The translations under genes were made by a program, and so were the position numbers. Under the pieces are notes generated by a model. It had not been told where the DNA came from, did no database searches, and saw only the letters and a list, made by a program, of their open reading frames with translations. This document shows positions 1-9,542 of a stretch of DNA of 64,000 bases, piece after piece (within the stretch, counting starts at the first letter, position 1; each line of letters opens with the position of its first letter). This DNA comes from an uncultured Verrucomicrobiae bacterium. Its GTDB lineage: Bacteria > Verrucomicrobiota > Verrucomicrobiia > Chthoniobacterales > UBA10450. The stretch spans positions 352,001 to 416,000 of the forward strand of contig CAVTMK010000003.1 in NCBI GenBank assembly GCA_963735805.1, in the 5' to 3' direction.

Positions 1-1660
1 TTGCCTCGATTCCTTGATGATTTGTGCGCGGGACGTTCCTGGTGCCAAGATCGTTTCCGAAGGCGTCGTTGACCTCTAGCAATTCATCACGAAACCACGA
101 ACGGTACAGCGACAACTCCCACTCAAACCGCGAATACGCTCCGCGAGTTCCGACTTCAACGGTCCAAGCGTGTTGCGGTGACAGCGGTGTGTAGACAACG
201 CTGGAATTCGGACCTTTATCAAAATCGACCAGATTATCTATCGAAGGAGGTTGCCAACTGCGACTGAAATTCACGAATGCCTGCGTCTGGTGATTGATTT
301 CGTAAATGGCACCCAGCTTGGGATTAAATCCCCAAAAATTTTGCCGATTTGATTGATTTCCTGCCTCGTCGGTGAAGAACTCGTCCTTGAAATGACGTTC
401 CGCGAAAATCGCCTGCGCTCCGGCGACGATCGAGAAGCGCGGTGTGAGATACAGCTGGTCCTCGAGATACGCTGGAAGGTTTATCGAACTGCCTATGCCT
501 CGCGCAGTCGTTGCGCCCGGGTGTCCGAAAATATTTTCGTAATTTTGGGTGGGCTCGTCTTCGTACTGCGGGCTCGTACCAATTGTAAGAGTATTTCGAT
601 GGCCAAACAGTTCCTGGCGGCTAACGAAATTCACGTTCCCGCCATAATTGTCCGAATAGAACTGCTCGATCCCTTCCCGAAAGTCGGGCGAAAAGAATCC
701 GCGGTTCTCAATATCGTGATGGAACCAGAACACACCGACATCGAGCTGAATATCTTCAGTCCGAATGCTTAGCTTGTCCGCCAGGCGAACGTTCGACAAC
801 TCCTTGTTCCAATCCTGGGCTATCGCGAGCGGGTTAGCCTGCGAGGGATCGTCTTCCATTTGTGACTTGGTCAAACCACCGGGCAGATTCCGATTGGTCC
901 GGTCCATTGTGAGATAAAATCGATTCTCCACCTGGTCGCTGAACTTGTAACCGAGATCGGCAAAAAGAATTTCTGTGTCCTCGCGGCTATGCTCCCGAAA
1001 GCCCTCGCGCTCTCGAAAATCAATCGCGCCAAATTCGTCGAGCTTCCCTTGCACCGCGCCGCCGCTCATGTCGCCACGGAAGAAGCCGTAACTTCCCCCT
1101 TCAAGCCGGACCTGGAATGGAGCCGCATCGTACCCAGTAAACGGCACGAGATTGACTGCCCCGCCAAGGGTCAGCGCACCGTATTTAAACGCATTGGCGC
1201 CTCGAAAGATTTCCGCGTGGCTGATTGTCGCAACATCAAGATCCTCCAGAGTTGCCTCGCCATCGCCCTGATTAAAGTTCAGGCCGTCCATTAAAAACAT
1301 CACGCCGAGTGGCTCGTCTTCAGACGTGATCCCAGACCCTCGAATTGAAATCTTCGAAACTTCGGAGCCGTTTTCCGATTGTAGGAAAATGCCCGGCGTT
1401 CGTTGCAGTAAATCTTCAAAGTTAGACGCGCGACCGAATTCCATGTCGTCGTTCGTCTTGACTGTGAAGGCCCCCGGAACTTGCGTTTTCTGCTTCGCCG
1501 ATTCTTCGGGCGACCCCGAAGTAAGCGATCCTATCGCCTCTCCGGTGACTGTCACTCCCGCAGCTTCCGAAGGTGCAGGTGTGGAATCCTGAGCGAGAAT
1601 TTGTTTTGCGCAGCTGGCAATGAAAACGACGGCCAGGAAACATGAACGCCAGGATCTCAT
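1..1660 (-). CDS. TonB-dependent receptor (partial, runs off left edge; absent from ORF track)
   Basis: Hand translation from ATG at 1660: signal peptide MRSWRSCFLAVVFIASCAKQILAQ, plug motifs LLQRTPGI, ISIRGSG, MDGL and EIFRGANAFKYGALTLGGAVNL. The same frame reads NVPRTNHQGIEA at the left edge. Confidence 0.9.
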   Translation of the reverse strand, partial: MRSWRSCFLAVVFIASCAKQILAQDSTPAPSEAAGVTVTGEAIGSLTSGSPEESAKQKTQVPGAFTVKTNDDMEFGRASNFEDLLQRTPGIFLQSENGSEVSKISIRGSGITSEDEPLGVMFLMDGLNFNQGDGEATLEDLDVATISHAEIFRGANAFKYGALTLGGAVNLVPFTGYDAAPFQVRLEGGSYGFFRGDMSGGAVQGKLDEFGAIDFREREGFREHSREDTEILFADLGYKFSDQVENRFYLTMDRTNRNLPGGLTKSQMEDDPSQANPLAIAQDWNKELSNVRLADKLSIRTEDIQLDVGVFWFHHDIENRGFFSPDFREGIEQFYSDNYGGNVNFVSRQELFGHRNTLTIGTSPQYEDEPTQNYENIFGHPGATTARGIGSSINLPAYLEDQLYLTPRFSIVAGAQAIFAERHFKDEFFTDEAGNQSNRQNFWGFNPKLGAIYEINHQTQAFVNFSRSWQPPSIDNLVDFDKGPNSSVVYTPLSPQHAWTVEVGTRGAYSRFEWELSLYRSWFRDELLEVNDAFGNDLGTRNVPRTNHQGIEA

Positions 1661-1806
1661 GGACCTATTTATGGCGCCCTGGCTCCATTCTGCTGGCGTT
1701 GGGTTGCTAATTTTTAGCGGCCCATTGTGCGCTGCGCCGCTTGAATCGTGATAAATCCAACTGCGGTGATTGATTGAGCGCTCCAATCTCGCCACATCGA
1801 GTCCGA

Positions 1807-2256
1807 TCAATCGCTCCCCGGAAGTTGCTTCACAAATCGCCACCCGTTTCGTTCGTAACCGAGCGACTCGTAAAATTTGTGTGCGTCCTCTCGCGTAAGC
1901 CGTGTATCTAAGCCGACACGCCTGATTCCTCTCTGGGCGAAATCCTTCTCGGCAGTCGCAATCAACGCGCGACCAATTCCGCGCCGGCGCGTGGCGCTTG
2001 ACGTAACCAAAGCGAGAATTCGCCCGGATGGATCGTTATGCTCATAGCTGGGATAGGTAAGCGTCCCGATCATGCCACAAGCGCAGTCGTCCACGATTGC
2101 GACGAACGTCTTGCAGGCCGGGTTCGACAAAATCAACTTTAGGCGTGTCTCCATTTCCGGGCGCTGGGTTTCATAGCCGAGTTCGCACATCAGCACCGCA
2201 AGGTCTGAAGCGTCGTTCAATTCCGCATCACGAATCCGCCATCCAGTATCGGGCAT
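1807..2256 (-). CDS. GNAT family N-acetyltransferase
   Basis: Acetyl-CoA motif RRRGIGRALI and AHKFYESLGY. Confidence 0.9.
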   Translation of the reverse strand: MPDTGWRIRDAELNDASDLAVLMCELGYETQRPEMETRLKLILSNPACKTFVAIVDDCACGMIGTLTYPSYEHNDPSGRILALVTSSATRRRGIGRALIATAEKDFAQRGIRRVGLDTRLTREDAHKFYESLGYERNGWRFVKQLPGSD

Positions 2257-2257
2257 C
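2223..2257 (-). repeat. Degenerate 7-bp tandem array (GATNNNN x5) at the cysNC/GNAT junction
   Basis: Minus strand reads GATGCCC GATACTG GATGGCG GATTCGT GATGCGG. Confidence 0.55.
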
Positions 2258-4155
2258 TATTCAACAGCTCTCAATCGCGGCAATAACTGCTCCAGGATCG
2301 TCGTTACCGATTCGTCAACGCTTTGCTGATCCGTGCGAACCACAATCTCAGGATCCTCCGGCGCTTCGTAGGGCGCGTCGATCCCGGTGAATTCCCGAAT
2401 CTGGCCGGCCCGCGCTTTCTTATAGAGATTCTTCGGATCGCGCGCTTCGCAAACTTCCAGCGGCGCATCGACAAACACTTCGATAAACTCCGCGTTGCCT
2501 TCCAACGCTATCTCGCGCGCGCGGCTGCGATCCATCCGGTAGGGCGAGATGAAGGCCGTGATGACGACTGTCCCTGCGTCCGCCATAAGCTTGGCCACCT
2601 CGCTGACACGGCGAATGTTTTCGACCCGGTCGTCGGGCGCGAACCCGAGGTTTGAGTTTAATCCGTGCCGGATGTTGTCACCGTCGAGCACATAGGTATG
2701 CATGGCGCGCTGGAACAGCTCGCGTTCAAGTGCCTGTGCGATGGTCGATTTCCCGGCTCCAGAAAGCCCCGTTAACCAGATCACCGCGCCACGATGACCG
2801 CTCCGCAGTGCCCGGGCGTGGGCCGTTATTTTCCCCTCGGTCCAGAAAATATTTTTGCTCTTGGTAATGGTTCTGTCTGTATAAACGCCCCCGAAAATCG
2901 TTCCGCCACCACAGATTTTTCCGTCATCTATGATCACAAACCGCCCGAGATTCGGTATGCGATCGTGGTTATCGATGACGAGTCGTCCACGCGTTTGAAT
3001 TGTGAGTCTCCCAATTTCGTTTCGCTCCAATTGTTCGCGTTCGTCGCTCTTGCTCTCAAGTGTCGAAGAATCCATGACTCGCTCGATTGAAACCACCTCA
3101 CATCTCACATCCTGAGTTGCCAGCCTCAGGCTGTACAAATGTCCAACGCGCAGCGGGTCGCGCACGATCCAGAACAGGTCCGCATGAAAACGATTTGCCT
3201 CGACAGGGGTTTCATTTTCATGCGATGCGACGTAACCACGCTCGACGAAAATCTGTTCGCTGAGTGTGATCCCGATCGAATCTCCAGCAACAGCCGGGCC
3301 ATTCTCCTGAACGTTCCAACCCTCAATCGTGGCGACCACTGACGACTTGTTGGCGGGTGAAAATACGAGCTGATCCCCGACCCTTAGCGTTCCCGTTTCG
3401 ATCCGTCCCGCAATAATCCGGCGACCGTCGAAGCGATAAACGTCCTGAACACAAAAGCGAAGTGGAAGATCGACATCGCGGCCCTGGGGCTCCAGCAAAT
3501 CAAGTGCTTCAAGCACATTCGCGGCGCAGTACCATTTCATTTTCATACTGGTCCGCGCGACATTCTCGCCTTCCTTCGCGGAAGCAGGGATAAATGTCCG
3601 CGCGTCCAACCCAAGCTCTCCAAGAAACTTTCGATACTCCTGCTCGATCTCGCGAAACCTTTTCTCCGAGTAATCCACGAGATCCATCTTGTTAACAACG
3701 ACAATGACATGCTTGATGCCAAGCATGCTCAGGAGGTAGGCGTGGCGGCGACTCTGTTCACGCACGCCCTCATCTGCACTGATCACAAGGATCGCCGCGT
3801 CGGCTCTCGACGCTCCCGTGATCATGTTCTTCAGGAATTCCTTGTGTCCTGGCGCATCGATGATGGCGTATTGGCGTCGCGGCGTTCGGAAAGGGATTTC
3901 GGTCGTGTCGATCGTGACGTTTTGCTTTTGCTCCTCAAGAAGTGCATCGAGCAAAAACGCGAATTCAAATCCCATCCCCTCCTCTGCGCATGCCTTTTTT
4001 ATCTCTTCGACCTTGCCTTCGGCCAAGGAACCAGTGTCATGCAAAATGCGACCGATGAGTGTGGACTTACCGTGATCGACGTGGCCAACGAAAACCACGC
4101 GCAGCTTTGGCGCAACGTCTGAAGTTGAGTGTTGTGCGTTTGCCTTGTCGCTCAC
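2257..4155 (-). CDS. cysNC: Bifunctional sulfate adenylyltransferase subunit 1 / adenylylsulfate kinase
   Basis: GTPase motifs [14 protein letters not shown] and NKMD; C-terminal APS kinase [22 protein letters not shown] and [11 protein letters not shown]. Confidence 0.95.
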   Translation of the reverse strand: MSDKANAQHSTSDVAPKLRVVFVGHVDHGKSTLIGRILHDTGSLAEGKVEEIKKACAEEGMGFEFAFLLDALLEEQKQNVTIDTTEIPFRTPRRQYAIIDAPGHKEFLKNMITGASRADAAILVISADEGVREQSRRHAYLLSMLGIKHVIVVVNKMDLVDYSEKRFREIEQEYRKFLGELGLDARTFIPASAKEGENVARTSMKMKWYCAANVLEALDLLEPQGRDVDLPLRFCVQDVYRFDGRRIIAGRIETGTLRVGDQLVFSPANKSSVVATIEGWNVQENGPAVAGDSIGITLSEQIFVERGYVASHENETPVEANRFHADLFWIVRDPLRVGHLYSLRLATQDVRCEVVSIERVMDSSTLESKSDEREQLERNEIGRLTIQTRGRLVIDNHDRIPNLGRFVIIDDGKICGGGTIFGGVYTDRTITKSKNIFWTEGKITAHARALRSGHRGAVIWLTGLSGAGKSTIAQALERELFQRAMHTYVLDGDNIRHGLNSNLGFAPDDRVENIRRVSEVAKLMADAGTVVITAFISPYRMDRSRAREIALEGNAEFIEVFVDAPLEVCEARDPKNLYKKARAGQIREFTGIDAPYEAPEDPEIVVRTDQQSVDESVTTILEQLLPRLRAVE

Positions 4156-4973
4156 AGAAATCCTTTCGCTCTCAACTTCTGCATCGCGTTGCGCTCATAA
4201 TGGTCTTGCGCGCGGCCGGCACGCTCACTCGTTTTTGTCGCTTCCAGTTCGGCGATGATTTCATCGATCGTCGAGGCATTGCTGTCGATCGGACGCGTAA
4301 TGGGGCTGCAGCCCAGAGACCGAAATCGTTTCCCATTTCGAGCGAAATACATTTGCGGAATGGGTATGTTTTCCCTCTGGATGTAGCGCCAGATGTCCAC
4401 CTCGGTCCAATCGAGCAAGGGTTGAATACGAACATGTTCACCCTTACCAGCTGTGGTTACGAACTGGCTCCAAAATTCAGGCGGCTGATCCTTGTAATCC
4501 CATTCAAACTGAGCGTTGCGCGGCGAAAAATAACGTTCCTTCGCTCGAGTTGGGTCTTCATCGCGTCGAATGCCGGTGATAAGCGCGTCCCATTTGTACT
4601 CGGCCAATACCTGTTGCAACGCCACGGTCTTTAACTCATGCGTAACCGTTACCGGATCGTGCGTCTCGTAACCAATCCCGCGCGCTCGGGCTTCGGTGTT
4701 GATCTTAACAATGAGATTGAGATTATGATGTTTCCTCGCCCATTCGCGAAATTCCAGCATCTCCGGAAACTCATAGGTCGTGTCGATGTGCAGAATGGGA
4801 AAAGGAACCCGCCCGAAGAAGGCTTTGCGAGCAAGCCAGATCAGAACGTTTGAGTCTTTACCCATCGACCAGGGCATGGCGATATTTTTGAAAGCGTGAT
4901 AGGCCTCGCGGAAAATAAAGATGCTCTGGTTCTCGAGATCGTCGAGATGAGTGCGCCGGAAAGGTGTCATCAT
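4152..4973 (-). CDS. cysD: Sulfate adenylyltransferase subunit 2
   Basis: [35 protein letters not shown] and RFRSLGC. Start moved to MMTPF; 4-bp overlap with cysNC. Confidence 0.93.
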   Translation of the reverse strand: MMTPFRRTHLDDLENQSIFIFREAYHAFKNIAMPWSMGKDSNVLIWLARKAFFGRVPFPILHIDTTYEFPEMLEFREWARKHHNLNLIVKINTEARARGIGYETHDPVTVTHELKTVALQQVLAEYKWDALITGIRRDEDPTRAKERYFSPRNAQFEWDYKDQPPEFWSQFVTTAGKGEHVRIQPLLDWTEVDIWRYIQRENIPIPQMYFARNGKRFRSLGCSPITRPIDSNASTIDEIIAELEATKTSERAGRAQDHYERNAMQKLRAKGFL

Positions 4974-5138
4974 TTGGATAAGCGCCGTTCTATACAATCG
5001 GGAAGCTCTTGCTGCAACGAGAGCGCGTCCAACCTCCCAAATCTTCGAGTACATTACGCCGGAACGCCCTTAAAGCTTCTCGCAGATTCACGTCGCGATT
5101 CGGCTTGCGTGCTTCGTTGCGCATTTTTACCTTTAGTC

Positions 5139-5675
5139 ATGCTTGAAACACGTGCCACGGCGTACGATTCAAAGATCGAAGGAAATGTCATTTTTACGCG
5201 CTTCGATGCTGCACTTAATTGGGTACGCAAAAACTCACTGTGGCCGATGCCAATGGGCCTGGCCTGTTGCGCGATCGAGTTGATGGCCGCAGCGGCTTCG
5301 CGCTTCGATATCGCCCGATTTGGTGCGGAGGTGATGCGGTTTTCGCCCCGCCAATGCGACGTGATGATCGTAGCCGGCACCGTCACCTACAAAATGGCGC
5401 TGGCGGTAAAACGCATTTATGAGCAAATGCCTGAACCAAAATGGGTGATCGCCATGGGCGCATGCGCTTCCACAGGCGGTATGTATCGCTCCTACGCCGT
5501 GCTGCAGGGAATCGACCAGCTTCTTCCGGTTGATGTTTATGTTTCCGGTTGTCCTCCGCGCCCGGAGGCTTTGCTTGCCGGGCTAATAAAATTGCAGGAG
5601 AAAATCTCCCGGGAACGCTCGTTTCGAAATCAGAAACCGGAACTGGCCGACAAACTCGAAGAAGCGCTGGGATGA
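5139..5675 (+). CDS. nuoB: NADH-quinone oxidoreductase subunit B
   Basis: [30 protein letters not shown] and VSGCPPRPE. Start moved to ATG 5139. Confidence 0.95.
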   Translation: MLETRATAYDSKIEGNVIFTRFDAALNWVRKNSLWPMPMGLACCAIELMAAAASRFDIARFGAEVMRFSPRQCDVMIVAGTVTYKMALAVKRIYEQMPEPKWVIAMGACASTGGMYRSYAVLQGIDQLLPVDVYVSGCPPRPEALLAGLIKLQEKISRERSFRNQKPELADKLEEALG

Positions 5676-5698
5676 ACACGCGCGCCGGGATTTTTGAT

Positions 5699-5760
5699 TG
5701 TAGCGCAAGCGCTTCGCTTGCATTCCCCATCACGCTGGCAGGCGGAGTGCCTGCCCGACA
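5699..5760. repeat. Inverted pair of GTAG-type REP palindromes (REPIN/BIME-like)
   Basis: TGTAGC-GCAAGCG-CTT-CGCTTGC faces GGCAGGC-GGAGT-GCCTGCC-CGACA, whose reverse complement TGTCGGGCAGGCACTCCGCCTGCC aligns with the first unit. Confidence 0.65.
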
Positions 5761-5772
5761 ACAATATTGCGA

Positions 5773-6348
5773 ATGACTGGCCAGGAGCTACTCGACTCGT
5801 TAGGCAACGCCTTTGGCTCAAAAATTCACAACAAGACCGAATTTCGGGGCGAAACGAGTTATACGATTGCCGCAAACGATCTCCGCGAGATCTCAAAATT
5901 TTGCCGGGACGAACTTTCGTTCGATTACCTGATCGATGTCACAAGCATCGACAATTTCGGCGAAGAGCCTCGCTTCGAAATTGTCTATCATCTTTACTCA
6001 ATGCCACATGCAGTTCATCTGCGCCTGAAGCTAAGCGTTCCAGAAGGCGCAGACGCCGTGGATACAGTTTCCGACATTTGGCCGACCGCAAACTGGCACG
6101 AGCGGGAGATTTACGACATGATGGGAGTCAAGTTCAACGGCCATCCGGATCTCCGGCGTATTTTAATGTGGGACGGCTATCCGTTTTTCCCGTTGCGAAA
6201 AGATTTCCCGCTGGAAGGACTACCGAGCGACATGCCGGATGTCGCTTTCACCAAAGTCACGCCATTGGAAGGTGGCCCTTTCGTAACTGTTCCCAGCACG
6301 GCCACTTCTAAAGACCGGGAACCCCGCGCTCGACCGCCGGAATTGTAA
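5773..6348 (+). CDS. nuoC: NADH-quinone oxidoreductase subunit C
   Basis: RFEIVYHLYS and ANWHEREIYDMMGVKFNGHPDLRRILM..PLRKDFP. Confidence 0.95.
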   Translation: MTGQELLDSLGNAFGSKIHNKTEFRGETSYTIAANDLREISKFCRDELSFDYLIDVTSIDNFGEEPRFEIVYHLYSMPHAVHLRLKLSVPEGADAVDTVSDIWPTANWHEREIYDMMGVKFNGHPDLRRILMWDGYPFFPLRKDFPLEGLPSDMPDVAFTKVTPLEGGPFVTVPSTATSKDREPRARPPEL

Positions 6349-6384
6349 GTTCAAACCTACCCTGGGCGTTCGTGGCCCTTTCTG

Positions 6385-8031
6385 CTACGCAGCCGAGACC
6401 GGAGGAGCGTTTTCGGGCTTCCGTGTAGCAACCATCACATCTGGGCGCACGTTTTCGTCGCGTGGAATGAGGGTCGTCGTTTTTTGGCCCGGCTTCGGAT
6501 AAGCGATCCGGCTATGCAACATCATCATGAGCGTGAACCGGAAGCGTTCGGCGATGACTTTCAGCTCACCGAGCGTGAGATCGCAGTCGTCCAATTGCCG
6601 GTCGCTGATACGCTCTTCGATCAGTTCGTTGACAAGCGTTTCTATCTTTTGCGGCGTCGGCTTCTCCAGACTCCGCGAGGCGCTTTCGACCATATCAGCC
6701 AGACTAATGATTGCGCTCTCTTTTGTCTGAGGTTTCGGTCCGCCATAGCGAAAACTCTCTTCCTTAACCTCGGGAATATCGTCCTCGCGCAGCTTCATAA
6801 TTTTGCCGCCGGCGCGCGCATCCTCATGCTGTTGAAGCGCGCGTTGATAAAAATAGCGGACAAGCGATGTCCCATGGTGTTCCTGGATTATATCGATAAT
6901 GCGTTGATTGAGTTTGTACTTCAGCGCCAGATCGACGCCTTCCTTCACGTGCGCGATGATGATCAACGCACTCATCGTCGGCGCGAGGTCATCGTGCGGG
7001 TTGCGTTCAAAACTCATGTTCTCTGTGAAGTATTCCGGCTTCACCAATTTACCGACATCGTGAAAATAGGCGCAGACACGACAGAGGGTTGCGTTTGCAC
7101 CGATCGCTTCTGCCGCAGCTTCGGCGAGATTCGCAACGACCAGGCTGTGATGATAAGTCCCCGGCGCTTCGATGGTCATACGTCGCAGCAATGGATGGTT
7201 TAAATCGGACGCTTCCAGCCAGGAAATGTCCGTTGTGATTTCGAACAGGTTTTCAAGAATCGGCAGGGCACCGCCAACCAGGGTTGCCGTCAAAATTCCA
7301 TTGCCGATAGCGAGAGCGCTTTGCAGTCCGACCATGCCCCAATCATTGGCCATCGGATAAAACCAATTGATCGGCCCGATAAGGCCAAACGTCAGCGACA
7401 GAAGCCAGATGGCGAGCCCGACCCAGAATCCAGCACGGATCAAATTGCTCCGCCGTCGCACCTGCAGCGTAAGGGAGACCGCTGTGAACCCGCTGATCAG
7501 ACTCGTTACGAGCAGGGGCGCGTCAATTGGCCCAAACAACATGCTACTCCAGAGACTGACAAAAAATGCAGCGTAAAGCCCGTGATGGCGGCCCAGCAAT
7601 ACGCTCAGCACAAGCGGCGCAAAAGCATAGGGCATGATCAACCCCGCCATTTCCGGCCTGAGGAACCGGTAGCTACCGCTGTTACAAAGCACGAGCAGCA
7701 GTTTAATCACAGCCAGTTGCACCAAAATGACGCCGAAGATCAGAAGAATGCGCGAGTTCCGTGAAAAGCTCCTCGGCTGATTGATCCAAAGCTGAGTAAT
7801 CGCCGTGGTCAGGACCAGAAGCGCAATAATAAAATTCTTGGTCGGCTCGGGTTGCTGGCCGCTAAAAACGAGAAACGCGATGCCACCGGCAAACACCGCG
7901 AAGATTACGGCCTTGATGGCGAGCGAGTGCTCCAAACTGCGCTTCAGCTCGCTGCGCGCCCGCCGGCGCCGCATTTTCCGTGAGGCGAGGCCACGTCTGA
8001 CGAGTCTTCCGCGTTTGAAAAAATCGAACAT
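6385..8031 (-). CDS. 7TM-HD membrane phosphohydrolase (PgpH/YqfF-like)
   Basis: Multiple TM helices, then EAPGTYHHS, YFHDVGK, EHHGT, FRYGGPKPQ and LADMVESASR; downstream of phoH. Start moved to MFDFF. Confidence 0.9.
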   Translation of the reverse strand: MFDFFKRGRLVRRGLASRKMRRRRARSELKRSLEHSLAIKAVIFAVFAGGIAFLVFSGQQPEPTKNFIIALLVLTTAITQLWINQPRSFSRNSRILLIFGVILVQLAVIKLLLVLCNSGSYRFLRPEMAGLIMPYAFAPLVLSVLLGRHHGLYAAFFVSLWSSMLFGPIDAPLLVTSLISGFTAVSLTLQVRRRSNLIRAGFWVGLAIWLLSLTFGLIGPINWFYPMANDWGMVGLQSALAIGNGILTATLVGGALPILENLFEITTDISWLEASDLNHPLLRRMTIEAPGTYHHSLVVANLAEAAAEAIGANATLCRVCAYFHDVGKLVKPEYFTENMSFERNPHDDLAPTMSALIIIAHVKEGVDLALKYKLNQRIIDIIQEHHGTSLVRYFYQRALQQHEDARAGGKIMKLREDDIPEVKEESFRYGGPKPQTKESAIISLADMVESASRSLEKPTPQKIETLVNELIEERISDRQLDDCDLTLGELKVIAERFRFTLMMMLHSRIAYPKPGQKTTTLIPRDENVRPDVMVATRKPENAPPVSAA

Positions 8032-8038
8032 TTCGGTT

Positions 8039-9016
8039 TTACCTCCGTGGCGATGGCGCAGGCGAGCGGTGTTGCTGATAGGCACCGATAATGGCGCGTA
8101 CCAACTCATGCCGCACGACGTCGCGCTCTGTAAAATACACAGTAGCAATTCCGGGGACAGCCTTTAATGCCTGTAAGGCTTCCACGACTCCGGAGCGCTT
8201 GTTAGCCGGCAGATCAATCTGTGTGACGTCACCGGTCACGACGCACTTGGAATTCAAACCGATTCGCGTCAGCAACATGAACATCTGTTCGGTAGTTGTG
8301 TTTTGCGCTTCATCCAGGATGACAAAGGCGTTACTCAACGTACGTCCGCGCATGTATGCCAGCGGAGCCACCTCTATGGTCTGGCGCGCAATGGCGCGCT
8401 CCATTTCCTCTGGTTCTAACATTTCACGCAGGGCGTCATAAAGCGGACGCAGGTAAGGCGTAATTTTTTGTTCCAGGTCGCCCGGAAGAAAACCGAGCGC
8501 TTCCCCTGCTTCCACCGCAGGGCGCGTTAAGATAATGCGGGCTACCTGCTCCTTCTTGAGTGCCGCGACTGCCATGGCAACGGCAAGGTAAGTTTTGCCT
8601 GTGCCGGCCGGGCCGATTCCGAAAACGACGTCGTGCTTTTGAATTGCCTCGACATACGCCCGCTGGTTTGCGCTTCGCGCTACTATCGGGGGTTTGCGCA
8701 GCGACGTTGTAATCTTGGTCGAAACAACATCGCCCAGATTATCGTCGCGATCTTCGGATACAGCCTTAAGCGCATAATTAAATTCGTGCTTTTGAATGTC
8801 TACCCCCTGCTTGCGCACCCTCTCGAGCTGCTCGAACACGTGCTGCGCTTTGTCCACACGGCCTGGGTCGCCTTCGAGTTTCACCCAGCCTTCGCGCGTG
8901 GTCACTTTCACGCCGAGCGAATCCTCAAGATTCTTCAACAGTTTAATGTCGTTGGCGTAGAGCGACTGCAAAGCGCGCGGACTCTCAAACTCAAGCGTGC
9001 GCGTTTCCGTCATCAT
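8039..9016 (-). CDS. phoH: PhoH family ATPase
   Basis: GPAGTGKT, LGFLPGDL, YMRGRTL, DEAQN and VVRH. Confidence 0.95.
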   Translation of the reverse strand: MMTETRTLEFESPRALQSLYANDIKLLKNLEDSLGVKVTTREGWVKLEGDPGRVDKAQHVFEQLERVRKQGVDIQKHEFNYALKAVSEDRDDNLGDVVSTKITTSLRKPPIVARSANQRAYVEAIQKHDVVFGIGPAGTGKTYLAVAMAVAALKKEQVARIILTRPAVEAGEALGFLPGDLEQKITPYLRPLYDALREMLEPEEMERAIARQTIEVAPLAYMRGRTLSNAFVILDEAQNTTTEQMFMLLTRIGLNSKCVVTGDVTQIDLPANKRSGVVEALQALKAVPGIATVYFTERDVVRHELVRAIIGAYQQHRSPAPSPRR

Positions 9017-9083
9017 TTAATTCGCGAAATCAGCATCCCTGCCGATGGAGCATTGGCGAAGAGTCAATGCCACTAACGCCACT

Positions 9084-9533
9084 CTACCGGAAACCATACA
9101 CCAACGCCCAATGTGTCCGTTCCTCCGGCGATTGCTCGACGCTAACGATGATAAAGTAACTGCCCGTGGTTTTTGGAATGATGTGGGCGGCCGCAAAATG
9201 ACCTTTCTCCCAGCTGTCTGGTTCTTCCGCCAGTTTTCCGTCTGAGTCATAAACATGAACAGACACCTTCGCTCGATCGACTTCTGTTCCCAGCCAGAAC
9301 CAATATTCGTTGCCTTTGAACAACTGCTGCCGCACTGCCTTTTTCTCTCCAGAAGCGAGGTCGCCTCCCCAGTAGTCCTCGCGTACTTGAAATCCCTGTT
9401 TTACATATGGTTCTGCCGCCTGAAGAGCAAACGACTGTGCGTCATCCACGGAAGCGAAGCTGGTCCGCTCCATTATGACGATGACTGCCAGCAGAGAGCT
9501 GGTGCGCAAAAGAACTTTCGCGAAACGGTTCAT
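9084..9533 (-). CDS. Hypothetical exported protein (small, beta-rich)
   Basis: Signal-peptide-like N-terminus, tight spacing with neighbours, beta-rich pattern VHVYDSDGK..KTTGSYFIIV. Confidence 0.75.
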   Translation of the reverse strand: MNRFAKVLLRTSSLLAVIVIMERTSFASVDDAQSFALQAAEPYVKQGFQVREDYWGGDLASGEKKAVRQQLFKGNEYWFWLGTEVDRAKVSVHVYDSDGKLAEEPDSWEKGHFAAAHIIPKTTGSYFIIVSVEQSPEERTHWALVYGFR

Positions 9534-9542
9534 CGAAGTTTC

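Noticed and set aside
1661..1806. Cobalamin riboswitch or Fur box upstream of the TonB receptor
   Set aside because: Only a small hairpin is present; no B12-box or GATAATGATAATCATTATC-like match was seen
4896..5138. Long N-terminal extensions in the ORF track (nuoB, cysD, purE, dedA, HD protein, second permease, amidase, gspF)
   Set aside because: They overlap neighbouring genes or repeats and precede the conserved family start, so downstream ATGs were chosen
5694..6311. 205-aa ORF overlapping nuoC
   Set aside because: Alternative frame that starts in the REP element; Arg-rich with no family signal
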